Numbered from the stretch's first letter, positions 1 to 7,884 are shown. The stretch is 25,224 bases of DNA from Candidatus Hodarchaeum mangrovi (GCA_016839515.1 JAEOUE010000242.1:1-25224), one strand, 5' to 3'. Numbers and translations are program-made. Notes: a model not told the origin generated them from the sequence alone.

Positions 1-621
1 GGATTATTTCAAGATCTTATTGGCTTCTTAACCTCTTGGAAGAGCAAATATGAACCAACTCAAGAAACAAATAACAATTTACGACAGATTGGGGATTTTA
101 TTACAGGAGTTAGTATTATTGCGTCAACATTCATTGGTATAAATGTTGCTCTTGGTGAGATTGAAAATATAAAAATTGCGTTTGGAATCTTTTCTCAACA
201 ACCGTGGGCCGTCTTAAGCCCATCCGTATTTCTATTTACACTAATTCCCTTATTATTCTATTGGGGAGGAATTGAAAATTTATTCAATTGGGATAAATTT
301 GTTTTAATTGACATTGTATTCTGGATAAGACTTTTTATTCTAATCTTTGCTATTATTTTAGTTTTCTACATCCCACGTGCCTGGTGTCGTTGGTTCTGCC
401 CTGTCGGTATAATTACTGGCCTTCTAGGAAAGCATTCAATGTTAGGTGTAGGAAGAAATATCTCAAAATGTACACACTGTGGTCTATGTGAGGATGTCTG
501 CCCCATGGGTGTTAGAATCCTCTCCCACCCACCAGAGAAGGTAAGAAGCGAACATTGTATAAATTGTCTAGATTGTGTTGGCGTATGTCCAGATGACGCA
601 ATGGAATTACGGTTTCTTTAA
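1..621 (+). CDS. Membrane-bound 4Fe-4S binding protein (NapH/MauN-like polyferredoxin), 5'-truncated by the window edge
   Basis: Frame 1 is open from base 1 (GLFQDLIGFL...) through hydrophobic segments to RAWCRWFCPVG (CxxxCP), then two ferredoxin motifs, CTHCGLCEDVCP and CINCLDCVGVCP. The 60-aa ORF in the track is only its C-terminus. Confidence 0.85.
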   Translation, partial: GLFQDLIGFLTSWKSKYEPTQETNNNLRQIGDFITGVSIIASTFIGINVALGEIENIKIAFGIFSQQPWAVLSPSVFLFTLIPLLFYWGGIENLFNWDKFVLIDIVFWIRLFILIFAIILVFYIPRAWCRWFCPVGIITGLLGKHSMLGVGRNISKCTHCGLCEDVCPMGVRILSHPPEKVRSEHCINCLDCVGVCPDDAMELRFL

Positions 622-673
622 TCTCCATTCTTTATACTAATTCTTTGATTTTAGGATTTTAAAAAGAGGAAAC

Positions 674-901
674 TTAACCACTCCACCTTAAACTTTCAAT
701 TTTACGATCCTTTTTCAACTTTTTTTTAATTTTACGATAATGATCAGTACAAAGGTGTACTCTAGTCACTTTATCCTTTATAGAAAGACTCAAGTTAGCT
801 TCCTTAATTGTACTGCCAGCTTTTTCTCTCGAAACAGTCTTTTTATATTCGTTAGGACATCCTTCAACGTCACAATTCTTTTTTTTTGAAATAAATGTCA
901 C
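674..901 (-). CDS. Small basic C2CH zinc-finger protein (archaeal hypothetical)
   Basis: 75 aa, GTG start. CDVEGC-x35-CTDH followed by a Lys/Arg-rich helix. Lies 9 nt downstream of the RecA-fold gene on the same strand. Confidence 0.7.
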   Translation of the reverse strand: MTFISKKKNCDVEGCPNEYKKTVSREKAGSTIKEANLSLSIKDKVTRVHLCTDHYRKIKKKLKKDRKIESLRWSG

Positions 902-910
902 ATCCCATCT

Positions 911-1666
911 TTAAATTAATGGTGTAAGCTCAATATGCCCAGGAATTGGCTTAAATACGAAATCTGTATTCTCAACTTCTCTCATAGTCATACCAGGAAC
1001 TTTTCTAATTTGTAAAAACTCAACTAATCCACCTTCCTTTTCTTCTAGTTCTTTATGTGTAATTTTTATTACACTATCACAATAGTGTTCAACAGCTGTG
1101 ACAATTCTAGGATCATGCACATCACAATGTAGTGTTAGAATACTAACTATACCCATTTCTTTATCTGTAGCGATTTTATGCTGTAAAAAAGCCATAGGAG
1201 GTTTCAAGGTGTCTGAAACTAGTAATAGAGTTGTTAATGAATCCAAAACACCACGGACAGGTTGAGATCTAACATGAAGTAAAGATCGTCTAATTTGGTC
1301 AGTAACCTGGCGAGGCTGGGTTATATCACGAATAACATTTTCTCCTAAAGCACTAGGTCTTCCTTCAGAATAACCAAAAGGATTGGAAAAAGCATCTAAG
1401 AAGATTAGTCTTTTCGTTTCAAAGGTAACCTCAGAAATATTGTACGGTACAAATAAAGGCGAATAATGAGAGAATAAATGCTCAGTCGATAGAATATAGC
1501 CATATTCACCTGTTCGTAGACCTTCAGAGAGAAATTGGATTAATATATGCTCTGTGTTTATCCCCACCTCATCTTCAACTAGGATTATTGATCCTCGTGG
1601 GACACCCCCACCCAAAGCATCATCTAGAAGGGGGATCCCAAATTTTGCTCTGTCTTCCATTGTCAT
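911..1666 (-). CDS. RecA/KaiC(RAD55)-superfamily protein with degenerate Walker A (probably inactive ATPase; Elp4-like features)
   Basis: N-terminal GIPLLDDALGGGVPRGSIILV, then QFLSEGLRTGE and Walker B-like VLDSLT. The P-loop position reads EDEVGINTE (no GKT) and the KMRG Arg-finger position reads KVPG. Confidence 0.8.
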   Translation of the reverse strand: MTMEDRAKFGIPLLDDALGGGVPRGSIILVEDEVGINTEHILIQFLSEGLRTGEYGYILSTEHLFSHYSPLFVPYNISEVTFETKRLIFLDAFSNPFGYSEGRPSALGENVIRDITQPRQVTDQIRRSLLHVRSQPVRGVLDSLTTLLLVSDTLKPPMAFLQHKIATDKEMGIVSILTLHCDVHDPRIVTAVEHYCDSVIKITHKELEEKEGGLVEFLQIRKVPGMTMREVENTDFVFKPIPGHIELTPLI

Positions 1667-1873
1667 CTTAATTACTCCGTAATATTTTATCCAGTTGTTC
1701 CATTTAATGTTTTTAAGGTAATTATTTCAAGTTTTGGAATTGAATAACATTTTCTTATGACAAATATTAAAGTTAAGCTTAAAAGCTTGCCTATTTCAAT
1801 AAACTTTGTTTTTACTTTTCTTACTAAATATTTAATGTTTCAATTAATACTCCTTTATTCAGGTTGACCCCAA

Positions 1874-2698
1874 ATGAAAATGGAATTTTTTGCAATAAAA
1901 ACTCCATTAATTACTGACAGCCAAACTAGTGTTGCAGAAATTCTTTTAGAATCTGTAAACACCCAAGGAATTCAATTAATGGATTTTGATGTTTTTATAA
2001 TAGCTAGTAAAATTATTTCGGTATGTGAAGGATTAAAAATCCCAATAAATGACATCAATGATATTAGAAAAGAAGCATTTATTCTTGCAGAAAGAGCTCA
2101 TATGAAAGCAGAAGTTGTAGAAATGGTTTTTCGTGAGGCAGATCTCGTGATAGGGGCAGTTCCAGGAGCTATTCTTGCTTTAAAAGATGGCGTTTTACAA
2201 GCAAATGCTGGTGTAGATCAAAGTAATGCTGGAGGAGAAGGATTTTTAATTTTACTTCCTAGGAATCCTATTCAAACAGCAAGGCAAATTAGAAAAGAAT
2301 TAAATACTCTAACAGGAAAAAAGTTTGGAGTAATAATAGCAGATTCAAAAACACATCCATTAAGAAGAGGAACATCGGGTTTTGCTCTAGGGGTTTCTGG
2401 TTTTACACCTGTTATTGATGATAGAGGAACTTTTGACTTATATAAGCGTCAAATGCGTATAACAACTCGTGCTATCGCAGATAACCTAGTTTGCGGGGCT
2501 CAAATTTTAATGGGAGAGTCTAACCAAAGCATTCCACTTGTAATTGCAAGAGGATGTGAAAAAAAAATTTTTACGGATGATATTAACCAGATTGAGCTCA
2601 ATAGCTTAATGAAAATGAACCCTGAAGATTGTATTTACATAGGTCCATTTTGGCCTTTAATTGACAAGTTATTAGACAAATATAAAAAAATTGAATAA
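1874..2698 (+). CDS. cofE: CofE-family gamma-glutamyl ligase (F420-0:L-glutamate ligase-like)
   Basis: Motifs IASKIISVCEG, ANAGVDQSN, LLPRNP, GVIIADS, PLRRGTSG, DDRGTFDLY and MGESNQSIP are typical of CofE. Confidence 0.85.
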   Translation: MKMEFFAIKTPLITDSQTSVAEILLESVNTQGIQLMDFDVFIIASKIISVCEGLKIPINDINDIRKEAFILAERAHMKAEVVEMVFREADLVIGAVPGAILALKDGVLQANAGVDQSNAGGEGFLILLPRNPIQTARQIRKELNTLTGKKFGVIIADSKTHPLRRGTSGFALGVSGFTPVIDDRGTFDLYKRQMRITTRAIADNLVCGAQILMGESNQSIPLVIARGCEKKIFTDDINQIELNSLMKMNPEDCIYIGPFWPLIDKLLDKYKKIE

Positions 2699-2713
2699 GG
2701 AAAGTTAGAGTTA

Positions 2714-3580
2714 ATGATAACTGGAAATTTAGGTGGTGTAAAGATTGGTGATAATGTAAATCCTCTAATCATGGGAATAATAAATCTTTCTCCCACATCA
2801 TTTTACAAGAAAAGTATTCTACATTCGAGAGAAGAGATTATAAGTCACCTTATTCAAATGGAAAAACATAAAGCTAATTTTGTTGATGTTGGCGCTACAT
2901 CAAGTGCACCAACTCATTTATATGAAAATAGAGCATCAATCTCCTTAGAAAGAGAAATCGAAATTTTAAAAACTTTTTTTGATGCTCTAAAAGAAATTAA
3001 TCTTAAAATACCTATTTCAATTGATACGCAATCTTCAAAAACAGCTGATTTTGCATTATCACATGGTGCATCTATTATTAATGATATTTCGGGATTTAAA
3101 TATGACTCAAATATGCCTTCAGTAATTTCAGAATACAATGCCTCTACAATTATCATGGCGTGTATGAATAATCCAGGTGATGTGTTTAATATTGAAGAAA
3201 TCAAATTAGCACTGAAAAACAGTATTTCTTTAGGAATTGATGCTAATATCGATAAAAACAAAATTATAATTGATCCTGGAATCGGAGGCTGGATTCCTGA
3301 AAGAAATCATATTCACGACTGCAATATTCTATGGAATCTACCAGAATTTCGCTGTCTAAATCAAGGTATTCTTGTTGGTATATCACGAAAATCATTTATT
3401 GGAAAAATTTTAGGAGTAACTCCAGAATATAGACTGTGGGGTTCACTAGCAGCTACTACAATTGCAATATTGAAAGGTTCTCATGTTATACGAACTCATG
3501 ATGTCCAAGAAACTAGAGATGTAAGCTTAGTTTCAGATTTTTTCAAGTGCAGATTTGAAAAAGAAGGTTTAAATATATAA
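2714..3580 (+). CDS. folP: Dihydropteroate synthase
   Basis: Motifs IMGIINLSPTSF, VDVGATS, ISIDT, IINDISG, IIIDPGIG, LVGISRKSFIG and IRTHDV. Confidence 0.9.
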   Translation: MITGNLGGVKIGDNVNPLIMGIINLSPTSFYKKSILHSREEIISHLIQMEKHKANFVDVGATSSAPTHLYENRASISLEREIEILKTFFDALKEINLKIPISIDTQSSKTADFALSHGASIINDISGFKYDSNMPSVISEYNASTIIMACMNNPGDVFNIEEIKLALKNSISLGIDANIDKNKIIIDPGIGGWIPERNHIHDCNILWNLPEFRCLNQGILVGISRKSFIGKILGVTPEYRLWGSLAATTIAILKGSHVIRTHDVQETRDVSLVSDFFKCRFEKEGLNI

Positions 3581-3744
3581 TATAAATCAAATATTAATTA
3601 GAGAATTTAAACAATGAGATTTGATCTATTAATTCCTTGAAGCTGATTTAAAACAGGATTGAATAAAATCCTTCTAAATATAATTAAATTTATTAGTTTA
3701 AAAGGAATTTTCGTTTAAGATTATAATATTAGTAGGTTAGTAAC

Positions 3745-4374
3745 TTGACAAATTTAGATGAATTTTTTGGAGATGAAAGGTCAAAAAATATTGATACTCT
3801 TGTTGAAGTAACGAAAAAGTTCTTTATCTTTGTTTCACAACTCGCAGAGATAGTTGATGAACTAGAAAGAAATTTTGCAGAACTAAATCTCAAAGTGGAT
3901 CAATTACTTCAAGGAAGAACAGCAGCACCATCAAAGAGTTCGATACAATTTTCAACGCCAGTCCCACCTTCAAGTTCACAACCGTCTCCTCCCTCAGTTT
4001 CACAACCTTCAGCATTTCCAACCCCACCATCACCAGTACAGGCTTCCCCTCGGACTCCACCATCACCATCATCATTTACACCACCTTCACCATCGATTAC
4101 CACAGCCTCCCCTCCAAGTCTACCTCCTCTACCTGGACAAGTTCCATCATCAACTCCCCCAGTTTTTGGAGCACCACCATCACCATCAAATCCAGCTGAA
4201 TTTGGCCAACTTCCACCTCCTAGTCCTGGATTTGACTCACAGGGACCCCCAGGTACTCCTGGTTTAGGTGTTGCACCACCACGTCCATCCCCAATGAGTT
4301 TGAAAGCTCAAATGAATATGGAACTTAAAGAAGCCTTTTCACGTATTCGAAAGGGTTGGGATGAGGAAGGATAA
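3745..4374 (+). CDS. Proline/serine-rich protein with N-terminal coiled coil and C-terminal amphipathic helix plus W-acidic tail
   Basis: 209 aa, TTG start. Residues ~15-57 are heptad-like helical, ~60-183 are Pro/Ser-rich low complexity, and the C-terminus is MSLKAQMNMELKEAFSRIRKGWDEEG. It fills the gap between folP and the Get3-like gene. Confidence 0.8.
   Translation: MTNLDEFFGDERSKNIDTLVEVTKKFFIFVSQLAEIVDELERNFAELNLKVDQLLQGRTAAPSKSSIQFSTPVPPSSSQPSPPSVSQPSAFPTPPSPVQASPRTPPSPSSFTPPSPSITTASPPSLPPLPGQVPSSTPPVFGAPPSPSNPAEFGQLPPPSPGFDSQGPPGTPGLGVAPPRPSPMSLKAQMNMELKEAFSRIRKGWDEEG
4021..4188 (+). repeat. Imperfect coding repeats encoding (T/A)PPSP(S)
   Basis: ccacc(a/t)tcacca cores within units starting near 4021, 4054, 4078 and 4171 (peptides TPPSP, TPPSPS, TPPSPS, APPSPS). 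Confidence 0.6.
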
Positions 4375-4386
4375 TTCTTCTAAATT

Positions 4387-5346
4387 TCACTGTTCTTTTG
4401 CATATAGGAGTTCTGATAGCTCTCTTAATTTAAGTACTCCCCTTATTTCATGCACGAACATTGGAATTTCGATTAGATCGTACTCTGAATATAACTCGTG
4501 AATCCGTTCCAAGTTACCCTTTTGGCTTTCAAATCGTGCAGAACAATATTCACAATTAGGATTTTCTGGCTGAACTTGATTAATAAAGATTTGGGAAACA
4601 GGAAATGCAACTTCATATAATGCCCTAATTAGTCTCTCAGTTTCCCAAATAGCCATAACAGTAGGAATCGTAACAGGAATGAATTCGGTTTCTTTCTTAT
4701 CTTCTAAATGGATACGAGCAATCTCGACTTGATCTTTTAATTCTTCAAGCTTTTTGAATGCTTCATCTTCATTTGGGATAGTACTACCTCCAAATAATGT
4801 TTTGAATCCAGACATTAAACCTCCTAACCTTTTTCTCATTTTTATAAGGCGATAAAGCCAACCCTGTGTTAATTCAGGAAGTTGAAGAAGCTTAAGAGTA
4901 TGACCTGTTGGAGCTGTATCAAAAACGACTATATCATATTCTGGATTTTGAATGAACTCTAAAAGCTGTATAAAAGCTACTGTTTCATCAGTTCCTGGAG
5001 CTGAAAGTGAGGACGGATCATCACCTCCTAGAAATTCTGTTAATGTTCCTGTTGGATCTTGTTGACTCATCATTTCAGAATAAGTCCTCATTGTATCAGA
5101 TGTACTTAATTCCACAGCCCAGAGATTTTTTACACCTTCTACTAAATAATGGTTATCTCCTCCAATTTGCTGGTTTAAGCTATCGGAAATTGAATGGGCA
5201 GGATCGGTTGATACTAGTAGTGTTCGGTATCCCAGATCAGCTGCTTTAATAGCGGTAGCAGTAGCCATTGTTGTCTTACCTACACCTCCCTTTCCCCCAA
5301 AAAAGACAAATTTTTTATTAAATATAGAATTAGACATATTTGACAA
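4387..5346 (-). CDS. get3: Get3/TRC40/ArsA-family ATPase (single-domain, Get3-type)
   Basis: Deviant Walker A GGKGGVGKTT, switch I STDPAHS, switch II DTAPTGH, hydrophobic insert LYRLIKMRKRLGGLMSGFKTLFG and C-terminal CEYC (CxxC). An ATG at 5337 is an alternative start. Confidence 0.88.
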   Translation of the reverse strand: MSNMSNSIFNKKFVFFGGKGGVGKTTMATATAIKAADLGYRTLLVSTDPAHSISDSLNQQIGGDNHYLVEGVKNLWAVELSTSDTMRTYSEMMSQQDPTGTLTEFLGGDDPSSLSAPGTDETVAFIQLLEFIQNPEYDIVVFDTAPTGHTLKLLQLPELTQGWLYRLIKMRKRLGGLMSGFKTLFGGSTIPNEDEAFKKLEELKDQVEIARIHLEDKKETEFIPVTIPTVMAIWETERLIRALYEVAFPVSQIFINQVQPENPNCEYCSARFESQKGNLERIHELYSEYDLIEIPMFVHEIRGVLKLRELSELLYAKEQ

Positions 5347-5441
5347 TGATTAAATCTTAAAAAATGAACCTTTTGCTTAAAGAACAAAAATAAAATCGCT
5401 TAAAAAATACTGGTAAATTAATTATTTATGGAGCTCTATCA

Positions 5442-6053
5442 ATGAAGCAAGGAAGGAAAATCCTCCTAATAGCTTTTATTTTAGCTATTTGCATATCATC
5501 CATTAATTTATGTTCTATTGGGATTTTTTCATCACAAGCAGACCCTAATTACAACATACGAAGTATAAATACAGATTATCCACGTTTATTAGTTACAAAA
5601 GTTGTTGATAAATCAGAAATTGTTCTTGGTAATAGTTTTACCGTAACTATTACTATTTATAATTTTGGTAATAAAACAGCATATAACGTAACCTTCATTG
5701 ACCAAATTAGTAATCCTTGGATCTTTAATATCTCTGGTCTTACTCAATTGTCTTACGGTCAAATTAATCCAAATGATACTCGTCAATTTAGCTATTTAGT
5801 ACAAGTAAAATTAGTTGGAAAATACACTTTGTATTCTGCGAAAGTTGAATACTACTCTTCAGAGATAGAATCCTCAAAATTTCAATCATTTAGTAATGAA
5901 GTGGATATAGAGGTAATAGAACCACCAGCTGATTTTTCTTTAAGTAATTACAATGTTGTTATTACCTTTCTAATTATCCTATTTATTCTAGATTCATTAT
6001 TGATAATTCGATTAATAACCCCTATTCTAAATCGTAGATTAAAACAGGAATAA
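5442..6053 (+). CDS. Translocon-associated protein beta (TRAP-beta/SSR2)-like or DUF11/BatD Ig-fold membrane protein
   Basis: N-terminal signal/anchor, an Ig-like domain (RLLVTKVV...TITIYNFGNKTAYNVTFID...FNISG...QINP...VGKYTLYSAKVEY) resembling the TRAP-beta lumenal domain, and a single C-terminal TM helix with a basic tail. Confidence 0.7.
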   Translation: MKQGRKILLIAFILAICISSINLCSIGIFSSQADPNYNIRSINTDYPRLLVTKVVDKSEIVLGNSFTVTITIYNFGNKTAYNVTFIDQISNPWIFNISGLTQLSYGQINPNDTRQFSYLVQVKLVGKYTLYSAKVEYYSSEIESSKFQSFSNEVDIEVIEPPADFSLSNYNVVITFLIILFILDSLLIIRLITPILNRRLKQE

Positions 6054-6071
6054 GGGTGTGTAATACACTAT

Positions 6072-6620
6072 ATGGAAGCTTTAATACCCGCCTACCTTGT
6101 CAATAAACAGGTAATTATATGGAATTCAGATCAAGGAAGATATATCTATCAACAAGGTTATTTCGGCAAACCTGTAGGTATAAGAAAACCTAAATCAGCA
6201 TTTTTCGATCGTCCTTTAGAACTAACGTTATTAGAAGCTGCTTTTTTACAAGAAACAGGAATGATTATTATTTATGAACAGAATCATATTTTAGATGTCC
6301 AGACATTTCAGGAAAAATGCAAGAAGAGATTTACAAAATTTGAAGATCTTTTCTCAGTTTATAAGGACTTAAGAAATAAAAGATATATAGTTCGTCCTGG
6401 TTTAAAGTTTGGTACAGATTTTGCGGTGTATCGAAGAGGACCGGGGATAGATCATTCCCCTTTTTTAGTTTCAATCTTTCCAAGGGAAACTCGTATCGAA
6501 CCTATTGATTTGGTACGAGCTGGTAGACTTGCGACATCTGTTCGGAAAAGATATGTAATTGCTACAGTCCTTTCAGACCAACAAATTCGATATTATGTTT
6601 TTCAATGGAACCGTCCATAA
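6072..6620 (+). CDS. endA: tRNA-splicing endonuclease, catalytic subunit
   Basis: VYKDLRNKRYIVRPGLKFGTDFAVY (catalytic Tyr), GPGIDHS (His), RLATSVRK (Lys), and N-terminal LELTLLEA. Confidence 0.93.
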   Translation: MEALIPAYLVNKQVIIWNSDQGRYIYQQGYFGKPVGIRKPKSAFFDRPLELTLLEAAFLQETGMIIIYEQNHILDVQTFQEKCKKRFTKFEDLFSVYKDLRNKRYIVRPGLKFGTDFAVYRRGPGIDHSPFLVSIFPRETRIEPIDLVRAGRLATSVRKRYVIATVLSDQQIRYYVFQWNRP

Positions 6621-6639
6621 TTAGAAATTATTGATTTCT

Positions 6640-7314
6640 TCAATCGAAAATATAAGAATAAACTTCACTCCGTGGTTCAAAAAATTCTCCATCATCTCTG
6701 AGTTCTTTTATTGCTTCCTCGATTTGAGCTAGATCAACTTTTGGTAATCTCTTTTTTATCTGTTTTAATGTTACCCCAAATCCTTCATCAAGCTCTTGAA
6801 CAATATCTTTTAATTTTTGTTTCAAATCCTCAAAAGAAACAATACCGTCTCCTAATTCAATCCCACCAATTTTTGCTTTCTCAACATTAAATTCTTTCTG
6901 AGTTCTTCGTATCTGTTGAGCAATTTTCAGAGAATGATAGATTAACCAATTATCATCTTTTATCTTTTTAACTATTTCGGGATAAATATAGACTTCTATT
7001 GTATCTTCCTGCTCTGAGACCTGTATTCTTCCTAAAACTTCAATAAAATCCCATTGATTGAGTTCAGAAAGAGATCCATCCCATGATTTTACCGTTATAA
7101 CACCAGTTCCATCTTCTACAGTAATTCCGGTGTAGTTATTCTCTCCCTTGATAAGATAAGTTATAAAACCTAGGATCCAAACTCGGGAAAGATTTTCTCC
7201 TAAAGATGTAATCACCTGCCATCTTTCATCTTCATTAACTTTAGTTAACTCAGATCTGTTGATTTTTTCTATCATAAGTCTCTGATATGGTCTTCTCCTT
7301 CTCATATCGTTCAC
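6640..7314 (-). CDS. Replication protein A subunit RPA32/Rpa2-like (OB fold + C-terminal winged helix)
   Basis: OB-fold signature RVWILG...ITVEDGTGVITVKSW, linker helix, and winged-helix-type C-terminus IEEAIKELRDDGEFFEPR. Confidence 0.78.
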   Translation of the reverse strand: MNDMRRRRPYQRLMIEKINRSELTKVNEDERWQVITSLGENLSRVWILGFITYLIKGENNYTGITVEDGTGVITVKSWDGSLSELNQWDFIEVLGRIQVSEQEDTIEVYIYPEIVKKIKDDNWLIYHSLKIAQQIRRTQKEFNVEKAKIGGIELGDGIVSFEDLKQKLKDIVQELDEGFGVTLKQIKKRLPKVDLAQIEEAIKELRDDGEFFEPRSEVYSYIFD

Positions 7315-7328
7315 ATTATTGTTATTAT

Positions 7329-7787
7329 TTATTTAATCCAAGTTTTATTTATCAATTCATATTCGACAAATTCATTTTCATTAAATAAAATGTTCAATTC
7401 ATATTCCGCTCTTTTAGGAGCATCAGAAGTATGAACAATATTTTTAGTAAGATTAGCTCCATAATCGCCTCTTATTGTTCCTGGATTGGCTTCCGGAGCA
7501 TTTGTTGCGCCTGCTAATAATCTCACGATTTTAACAGCATTTTCTCCCTGAATTGCTATTGCAATAACTGGACCTGATCCTATAAATTTCTTAAGCTCGA
7601 GATAAAAGCTTTTTCCAATATGTATGTCATAGAGTTGATCGATTTCCTCCTCAGAGAGCTTCATCATCTTTAAACCTATAATTTTGAGACCTTTTCTTTC
7701 AATCCGTGAAATTAATTCACCTATTAAAGAACGCTGGATAGCATCAGGTTTTATCATCATTAAACTCGTTTCAACCAATAATATCAC
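7329..7787 (-). CDS. ndk: Nucleoside diphosphate kinase
   Basis: MIKPDA, PGTIRGDYG and NIVHTSD (catalytic His). The true start is probably TTG at 7778, downstream of an SD-like GGTGA. Confidence 0.96.
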   Translation of the reverse strand: MILLVETSLMMIKPDAIQRSLIGELISRIERKGLKIIGLKMMKLSEEEIDQLYDIHIGKSFYLELKKFIGSGPVIAIAIQGENAVKIVRLLAGATNAPEANPGTIRGDYGANLTKNIVHTSDAPKRAEYELNILFNENEFVEYELINKTWIK

Positions 7788-7884
7788 CAGATATAGAGAC
7801 GGAATTAATACTTATCATTTATATAATACTATAATCGTATATGATAAAGGTTTTAGTTTTTAATTAAATATTCTTTTTTTTCAC

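Noticed and set aside
2914-3261. 115-aa minus-strand ORF
   Set aside because: Antisense shadow entirely within folP, with no motifs.
3890-4103. Two minus-strand ORFs (Val/Met-rich and Gly-rich)
   Set aside because: Antisense by-products of the proline-codon-rich plus-strand gene.
5007-5249. 80-aa plus-strand ORF
   Set aside because: Antisense within the Get3-like gene.
4387-5346. Arsenic resistance (ArsA pump) locus
   Set aside because: Single-domain protein with Get3 features and no ars genes nearby.
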